From: Octopus vulgaris
Lineage: Eukaryota
Direction: 5' to 3'
DNA length: 64,000 bases
Assembly: GCA_951406725.2 (NCBI GenBank)
Contig: OX597814.1
Location: 84,072,001-84,136,000 of the forward strand
Below, piece by piece: positions 55,616-64,000 of this stretch. The position numbers were made by a program, and so were the translations under genes. The first letter of the stretch is position 1; each line of letters opens with the position of its first letter. Below the pieces are notes generated by a model that saw only the letters and a list, made by a program, of their open reading frames with translations, was not told the origin of the DNA and ran no database searches.

Positions 55616-55802
55616 GCACACACACAGCAATCGTCCCATTATTTCCGTCCATTTTCTATAAGCCCTTTAAGACTACGGTGAGAAAAAAAGTGGGGTTTAT
55701 AACAACAAATACCCCAGTGTACTAAGCAACACCCATTCGTACTTCTTGCCTCTTCTCCATTCTCATACGTTCTCCCTCTCTCTTTCTCTCTTTTTCTTTC
55801 TT

Positions 55803-55842
<40 letters not shown>

Positions 55843-56267
55843 ACTCTCTCGCTCTTTCAACCCCGCCACCTGCTATCAAAACTTTACGGTCAATATTTTT
55901 ATTTCATTTATGACATTTAATATCAACAACCTCCACAAGAAACATAAATAACACCTACAACATCAACAACAGTCACAATAGCGTTTACACTAAGAACAAC
56001 CACAATATTGACAATTATAACAATAATGATCATAACTGACATCTCAATAGTACAAAATGCTATTACAATAATAACCACAATAAAAAATACAATAACAACT
56101 AGAACAACGATATACATCGAAATTATAATAGCTTGATAAACAAAATTTCTGTAGTACTTAGGTATAAAAACACGCACACGTGAGAGTGTACACATACGTA
56201 CATACACACACATACATAGGCATACATGCACACACACACACGCACACATGCATGTTTACATGCTTGC

Positions 56268-56363
<96 letters not shown>

Positions 56364-56382
56364 AGGTAAGATCCAAGAATCA

Positions 56383-56862
56383 ATTGTGTCCCACTTTGTC
56401 TCAAGCAGAGATCTATGAAATAAATGCTAGATTGAAATACGTTCTGAGATCATTATGTCGTGGCGACAGTCAAAAGACTAAACTCAGCATGGCCAACTGA
56501 GACTCTAGATGTTATCCAGTTATTGCTTTCTTGGTCTACCCACAAGATCTGTCGGTTGGTTCGGTATGACGGATCCGTTCTACGAATCTTTCCTGCAACA
56601 TTCTAATCACATGTCAGTAGCAGGGGTGTATATTCCGGGTATGCTAGGTGTGCGCTGAACACCCATCGAAACATGTTTCTCGGTCATTTTCTGATGAACA
56701 ACGCTGCAGATTCCGTCTACCAAATTCAGCCACAATCCTGTGATTGGCCTAGGGCGTAAAATTTAAAGTAATGGATTACTAACCACAAGATAATGAGTTG
56801 AAAACTTCGTATAGAACTTCCACTCTATACAATAACACTATATGTACATCTCAGTCTACTTG

Positions 56863-56905
<43 letters not shown>

Positions 56906-58144
56906 CAGTGTGTGTGTGCGTGTGTGTGTTTACATTTGTTGTTAAATCGAATATTGTGTCCCACTTTGTCTCAAGCAGAGATCTATGAAATAAATGCTAG
57001 ATTGAAATACGTTCTGAGATCATTATGTCGTGGCGACAGTCAAAAGACTAAACTCAGCATGGCCAACTGAGACTCTAGATGTTATCCAGTTATTGCTTTC
57101 TTGGTCTACCCACAAGATCTGTCGGTTGGTTCGGTATGACGGATCCGTTCTACGAATCTTTCCTGCAACATTCTAATCACATGTCAGTAGCAGGGGTGTA
57201 TATTCCGGGTATGCTAGGTGTGCGCTGAACACCCATCGAAAATGGCAAATTCATTATAAATATTAATCTTACTCATCAATTTCATCACAAATCTTAATGG
57301 AAAATTAATGGAGACTTAATGGTTTCAAATTTAAAGTAATGGATTACTAACCACAAGATAATGAGTTGAAAACTTCGTATAGAACTTCCACTCTATACAA
57401 TAACACTATATGTACATCTCAGTCTACTTGACTTCCAACAATTAACAATTGTAATTTGAAGTTGAATGGTTGACAGTAAGAAAGTTGCCCAAATTTCTTT
57501 TAAAATTGTTGTGCAAAATATTCTGAGAAAAAGTTGTTTTTTTTCACCACAACAAAACACACAATCGAGAAGTTGGGGTTTTACGCGAGAGTGACTACTT
57601 AACAGGGAGTTTGCATCAAAAGAAAGACTCAGATTTACAGTATTTCAGGAAGAAAAAAACTATGCGATGGGTCAGCTAATTCAGCGGAAACTCTTGGCTA
57701 AACAAAACACATAAAAACATACTTCACATTAAAAGATTATCTACTAAATAATACTAATAATGTTGACACCCATCGAAAATGGCAAATTCATTATAAATAT
57801 TAACCTTACTCATTAATTTCATCACAAATCTTAATGGACAACTTTTATTATACCCCTGCTTGAAATTTGGTGGCATAGGATATGACAGCGTATCCAATAC
57901 GCCACTACTTAGTAGTACTAGAGCTGTGATCTCCCAATGCTGAGAAATAGCAGCTCGACCTAAAGAGACACCCTCAATCTCCAAACTGCGCACCCTGACG
58001 AATAAAGTTATTCCAGAGATCCTCGAAGAAACAGCCTTTCAACCCACAAGTATTGGTGCATTTCGCGATGTTTGTAAGTGTCTAATAGTAAAGTCGAGAA
58101 GTTGGGGTTTTACGCGAGAGTGACTACTTAACAGGGAGTTTGCA
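56383..58144. repeat. Patchwork of local direct duplications (offsets ~530-570 bp)
   Basis: 56383-56671=56953-57241; 56759-56865=57327-57433; 57229-57300~57767-57838; 57565-57615=58094-58144. Confidence 0.85.
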
Positions 58145-58185
58145 AATACAATCTGTGAGCGGAAGAGTAAAATATGCCACAGGCT

Positions 58186-58562
58186 CACGGGTATGGCTGT
58201 GTGGTTAAAAAAATATGTTTTGCAACCACTTGTTTTCGGATTCACTCCCACTGAACGGCACCGTAGGCAAATGTTTTCTGCTAGCCCTGGGATGACTAAT
58301 GCCTTATGAGTGGATTTGGTAAGCAGAAAATGTGAGAAGCCCGTTGTATATATGTATATGCGTATATGTATGTATGTGTGTGTGCGCGTGCGTGTATGTG
58401 AGTGTGTATTTTTCTCCCCTACGTGACAACCAGTGTTGTTTTGTTTACATCCTATACATAGCATTTCAGAAAAAAAATTAAGTACTGGGTCAATTAACCC
58501 TACAATGTGGCGAGCTATCATGGTCGCAGTTCAATGAGTGAAACAAGCAAAGGCTAAAAGAA
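58186..58562 (+). mobile_element. SINE family A (diverged)
   Basis: ATGGCTGTGTGGTTAA...GAGTGGATTTGGTAA...GAAGCCCGTTGTATA...GTGAAACAAG. Confidence 0.65.
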
Positions 58563-58663
58563 TAACTATTCACGTTCGAGAAACCATTATTTCTTTGTTA
58601 GAAACTAACTTCTTTGAGGGAGGAATTCAAATAGTTAAAGAAAAAGATATACATATACGCAAA

Positions 58664-59030
58664 GGCGCAGGCGTGGCTGTGTGTTAAGAAGCTTACTTCC
58701 CAGCCACTTGGTTCCGGGTTCAGTCCCACTGCATGGTACCTTGGGCAAGTGTCTTCTACTATGGCCTCGAGGCGACCAAAGCCTTGTGACTGGATTTGGT
58801 GGACGGACTTGAAAGAAGCCTGTCGTGTATATATGTGTGTGACTGTGTTAGTCCACCCCACCATCGCTTATCAACCGGTGTTAGTGTGTTTACGTCCCCG
58901 TAACTTAGCGGTTCGGCAAAAGAGACCGATAGAATAAGTACTAGGCTTACAAAGAATAAGTCCTGGGGTCGATTTTTTCGACTAAAGGCGGTGCTCCAGC
59001 ATGGCCGCAGTCAAATGACTGAAACAAGTA
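58664..59030 (+). mobile_element. SINE family A, full length
   Basis: GGCGCAGGCGTGGCTGTGTGTTAAG...GGTTCAGTCCC...CAGTCAAATGACTGAAACAAGT followed by an A-run. Confidence 0.9.
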
Positions 59031-59729
59031 AAAAAAATACATACACACACTCACATACACACATACATACATATACAGATACAGATATACACATTAATTC
59101 ACTCACATATTTAAAGACTCTTAGAATGAACTTGACTCAGAGAAAATTTGTCATTTTATTAGCGAGCAGCTTGTATTCTGCGAAGAACTTAAATAAATCT
59201 GAAAGGAAAACGTATACGCATACATACGTACATATATAATACACTTGCATGCATATTGGCACCTGTAAACAATATCACTTTGTATACATCTACAGGATTC
59301 GGTGCACAAATCTATTAAACAAAAGATTTAAACAGAAATCTGAAAATAGAAAGGTTCTCCTGAGAAAGCTCCCTTCTCACAAAACATTCCTTTTCTCTCT
59401 CTCATACACACATACATACACACTCCTCTCCACATTCGTGCACACACTATACATATGCGTACACAGAAATGTATGGGAAAACTGAAGTAAAAAATATAAC
59501 TAAATATAGACAATGTCGATATCTTTGTTAGGCCGACACCTCTGATTTATTAGTGTCAGTAGAAAACATTTCTCGTACATGACGTTCATGCTTTTTTCGG
59601 TAGAGCATTGATAATATAAATGAACTGAAATTGCTAGAATTGGAAGTGTAACGGAAGGACCTCACACGCTAGCATTCTATTTCTCTTCTTCGGTATTCGA
59701 TACAGCAGATGTTATTAAAAAACATCATG

Positions 59730-59955
59730 AAGGCGGCGAGCTGGACAAAATGCTTAGCGATATTTCGCCCGTTGCTACGTTTAGTGCCCAATCTACCTGA
59801 TTGCTACGTTCTGAGTTCAAATTCCTCCGAGGTCGACTTTTCCTTTCATCCTTTCGGGGGTCGATAAAATAAGTACCAGTGAAACACTGGGGTCGATGTA
59901 ATCGACTAATCCCCTCCCCACAAATTTGAGGCCTTGTGCCTCCAGTAGAAAGGGT
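59730..59955 (+). mobile_element. SINE family B copy
   Basis: AAGGCGGCGAGCTGG...GTTCTGAGTTCAAATTCC...GGGGTCGATGTAATCGACT. Confidence 0.8.
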
Positions 59956-59978
59956 TTTTAAATAATATCATTATATAT

Positions 59979-60059
<81 letters not shown>

Positions 60060-61750
60060 AAACGGACTCTCCCGTCGTTAGACGACGTATGAGGGTTCGG
60101 CACTTTTCTTGCCGAATGGAATGGCTGGATCATTGCCATGTACAGTGACATCTGGTCGATAGTTCGGATGAACGGTCACCCGTTCAACATCATGTGCTCG
60201 GTCCGCCAAGGATGCCCACTCTTCTCTCAGCTGTATGTATTTACTCTGGTGCCACCACTGCAGAAACTGGGAGCCTTGAAGAGCATCCCACGTGAAATAG
60301 GATCCGGGAGAACTGTCTCGGCATATGCGGACGACGTCACCGTCATAGACTTGGACGACAGGTACATCTACCTTATTGGTAATTTCATAAAGGAATACGA
60401 GGCGATGACAGGAGCAAAAATAAACCAAGAAAAGTCAGTCGGCCTGCAACTCAGCACCTGGAGAGGCAGATCGATGCCGTCTAACAACGTCGTGGAACGA
60501 TGGATGAACAGTCCGGTAAAATTGCTCGGGATCTGGTTCGATCCAGACCCTCAAATAGAGAAGAACTGAGACGAGGTAGCAGGCAGGGTGGCCAATCTCA
60601 CCCAGAACTGGGCTGAGAGAAAGCTTTCCCTGAAAGGACGGGCGGAGGTGGCGAATGTATACATCGCATCCTTCATCTACTACAGCTAGGCCGTCGTTCC
60701 TTGACTTAATTCGTGCCTGAACAAGCTGGAACGCTTACCTTTCTACTTTCTGTGAAAGGGACGCAGTCCGCTTGTCAGGCGCTTTATCTGCTGTCAACAG
60801 CCTCAGAATGGAGGCCTGGGCATGCCGTGGCTAAAGATGCACAGACATGCGATGATGTTGCAACAAGACTGGATATGAAAGTAATAACTACTAAATGTAC
60901 AACAGATACAACAGCAAAGGTACCAAAAGACAAAAAAGCTACACCAACAGACACCGACCCAACAGATTTACTCCTCCCCATGTCTGACTCGGACATCTGC
61001 AAAGAAATGAATAAAGAGTGGAAAGAACTTCCAAAAAAGAAGAAACGAAAATCGGACACAACCTCAGCACCTCCCTACGATACAGACACCTCACACAACC
61101 AATAACCACAATACCCACATTACCAACACCAGCAGTACCACTGCCAGAACCGCACACAAAACAGAAACCACCATCGAAAACCATATTAAAGATCACGGCA
61201 ATAAACACTAACAATGCACAACTTACGAATTACATACAAGAACACACCGACATCATCCCAAGCAATTTTCTTTGCGCACCACCAACGCACCACCACACAT
61301 TTAGATCCTCAGCATTCCAAACATCACCTTCATTGGCATATAAAACAAAAATTATCCAAATGTGGTGGGCAAATTTCAAAAAACTATTAGCAAGCTGTGT
61401 ATAAAAATCTGAGGGTGGAAACACTCACAGCCAGCCAGAAGAGTGAGAAAACCCTCCCCCCAGCCAAAAACAGTAAGTAGTTTTTGGGGGCAAGAATAGC
61501 TCGAATGACTGGGTCTGACTTGAGCATAAATTCCTAATCAAAGACAGGCTTTCACCCTAGCAATCAGGTAGTTATGTGGCTTGTGGGGTTTCCACGAACA
61601 ACCCAGGAAGCCTCCCCCTTTTGTGGAATTACTGTTGTTAGTTACTTACTATTGTTATTTTATTTTTTGTACACGCTTTCATATATGACCCAACTCGTAT
61701 GTCTTGTACCGTCCCTCTATGTTGAGCCCTTAGTGACTAATAAAAAAAAT
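60060..61750 (+). mobile_element. L1/Tx1-clade LINE RT fragment and 3' end, with an unrelated-looking segment at ~60860-61420
   Basis: SVRQGCPL, VSAYADDVTV, YEAMTGAKINQEKSVGL, VKLLGIWF, W..RKLSLKGRAEV. The 3' tail ends AATAAAAAAAAT near 61750. Confidence 0.8.
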
Positions 61751-61789
61751 AATTTCTTGCCGAATAACCACACATGTCAAATCGACATT

Positions 61790-61955
61790 ACCTGTACAGG
61801 TGCTCCATGTGCGTCATGTCAGATGACGAAATGATCGCAGGGCAACGTGAAATGAAGTGCTTTGCTCAAGAACACAACGCAATGCTCCGTCTAGAAGTCG
61901 AAACCACGATCTCGGAATCGTGAGTGCAACATCCTACCAACTAAGTCATGCGCTG
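61790..61955 (-). mobile_element. SINE family C copy
   Basis: GCAACGTGAAATGAAGTGCTTTGCTCAAGAACACAACGC...TCGAAACCACGATC...GTGAGTGCAAC. Confidence 0.65.
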
Positions 61956-64000
61956 TCACCCTCTTCTTGTAAAAGTATAAGTATTATATGCATACATATA
62001 TAATATGTATGCATATATTTAGTATAACGTATAAATATTTTCCCAAATTCGGGTAAAACGATCATTGTAGCTTAGTCTGAACATATATAGGGTCAATGTC
62101 TGCAAGGAAAAACCATAAGTAGGGAAGAAGTCAAGGGTCCTTGCCAGAGGCTTGCAACAGAATGAACGCTGCTAAAGGAATCTGAGCCTAAGGTGATGGT
62201 GTAAAACAGGGTGGCATGTTAAGTCCGGCGATTAGCTTATAGCATGAAGTAGATTTCAGATAAGTCTCTCTCTTGGGATAAGCAGCTGGTTTCATATCAT
62301 GTAATATTCCAACTTCATTTAGTACTTATCTTTAACACACAAGGTGAACAGAAGCAATGAAAAATGAGCTGTATTCAGACTAGAACGATGAAACTTTTGC
62401 AACACATATTCACTCATCTATGAGCAAGCTGTCCGATAGCATAACTATGGGACAATTATAAAAATCCTCTATATTTCTTTACGTTTATCACTTTCATCAC
62501 TATCATCATCGTCCTCACGCCACCACTACCACAACCTTCTTCACTCTTCCGCTGCCTTCTCCTCCTTTTCCTCTTTCTCTTCTTCCTGATTCTCATCATC
62601 ATCATCTACTATTTTTCTTTTTGCCCTCCATTCTCTTCTCCGTCCCTTAATTGTATATTTTCACTTCAGGTCTCATAAAAGATATGTGATGTGTATGCAT
62701 GTGTGTGTTTGTGTGAGAATGTGTTTATGGAAGTGAGTATGTACGTGTGTGTTTGTGTGAGTGTGTGTGTGCGTGTATGTGCGTGTGTGTGCGTGTGTAT
62801 GTGTGTGCGTGTGTGTGTGAGCGCGCGTATATGTGTGTGTTCTTTCCCTTTGAAACTGTAATCTAATCGTACCAACACTTAATCCAAAGAAAGCTATTCT
62901 TAAAACAAATATATAACTACACCCACCGTGATATCATGTGAAGAATCCCATCAGCCTACCTCCCAAATGTGTACAGGAAATGGCGACTGTAAATAGATTT
63001 GGGATCTCAGAGCGCCGAGAGAAAAAGAAGAGAAAAAGGATAAAAAAAAAAACGCGTTGCTGCTTTCATGAAGACTGCCTTCGCCATATTGGTTCATATG
63101 GTCTATCTTGGGAAACGAAGCTGGGAGATTACAAGATTTTGAAGAAATTGTAGCATGTTCACGGCTCTCTCCATTTCTTTCCCTCTCAACACCTCTCTCC
63201 CCCTCTCTCTGTTTATTTTCTTCTTTAATTTGTTTTCTCTTTTTCCTTTTCTCATTCAATTTTATATCCAAAATATTTCTCTGGTATTTCTTTCTTTTCT
63301 CTGTTTCATTTTTCTTCCCCTGTCTTTCATATCTTTTTATAGGTGCAAATAGACGCAATACATACGTCAATGCAGTATATCATCTATATCTAGCTATCTA
63401 ATATTGATATCTCTTTCCCCGCTTCTCTGTGTGTATATATATATATATATATATTCCTTCGTCATCCTCCCTTCTTATATTTTACTATATATTTAAATGT
63501 ATGTATATATATATATATATGTATATACATACATATATATTTATATATATATATATATATATGTATATACATACATATATATTTATATATATATGTCCAT
63601 GTTTGTATATGCATATATATATGTTATATAATATATGTGTGCGTGTGTGTATGTGTGTGTGTGATAGTAAAATGTAGCAAGGGAGAGCAACGAAAGAACA
63701 TACGGAAAGCAAGAAACACGGGGACACTTTTATCCCTCATCTGTTGTTGACTAAAAATCATTACGATTTCGATAGAAATAATGCGGTTATGTTTTTTATA
63801 TCGTCAAAATGATACCATCGGTTTCACGCTGACTATTGTACTTGCCAGTATTCTTAAATGCAATAGCCAGTGTAAAAACCGACGGTAACATTGTGACCAT
63901 TTATATATCTATAACCAGTAATATACTATTCGACGATCTAACGCGCGCGCGTGCACACACACACACATACATATGTATGTATGAATGAATGTATATATAT

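Overview
AT-rich, microsatellite-saturated eukaryotic DNA. The SINE families and (TA)n/(TG)n/(TATG)n density point to a coleoid cephalopod, most likely Octopus (inference). Most of the supplied ORFs are microsatellite artefacts. The one confident host-gene feature is the last coding exon of a group III (bee-venom-type) secreted phospholipase A2 on the minus strand (20454-20652). Its catalytic exon was not found, so 20.7-64 kb may be one very long intron. A weaker candidate terminal exon lies on the plus strand at 10967-11011. The rest is transposon debris: R4/Dong-type, RTE and L1/Tx1 LINEs, a hAT (Buster/Charlie-type) transposon with nested inserts, Tc1/mariner remnants, a non-autonomous Helitron, fold-back MITEs and many tRNA-derived SINEs. 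The most notable structure is a set of fold-back elements inserted in (TA)n tracts that carry hammerhead-ribozyme motifs, typical of Penelope-like pseudo-LTRs. The best one is a spacer-less 416-bp palindrome (35070-35485) with a near-canonical type I hammerhead on each strand. Coordinates of degenerate repeats are approximate and were read by eye.
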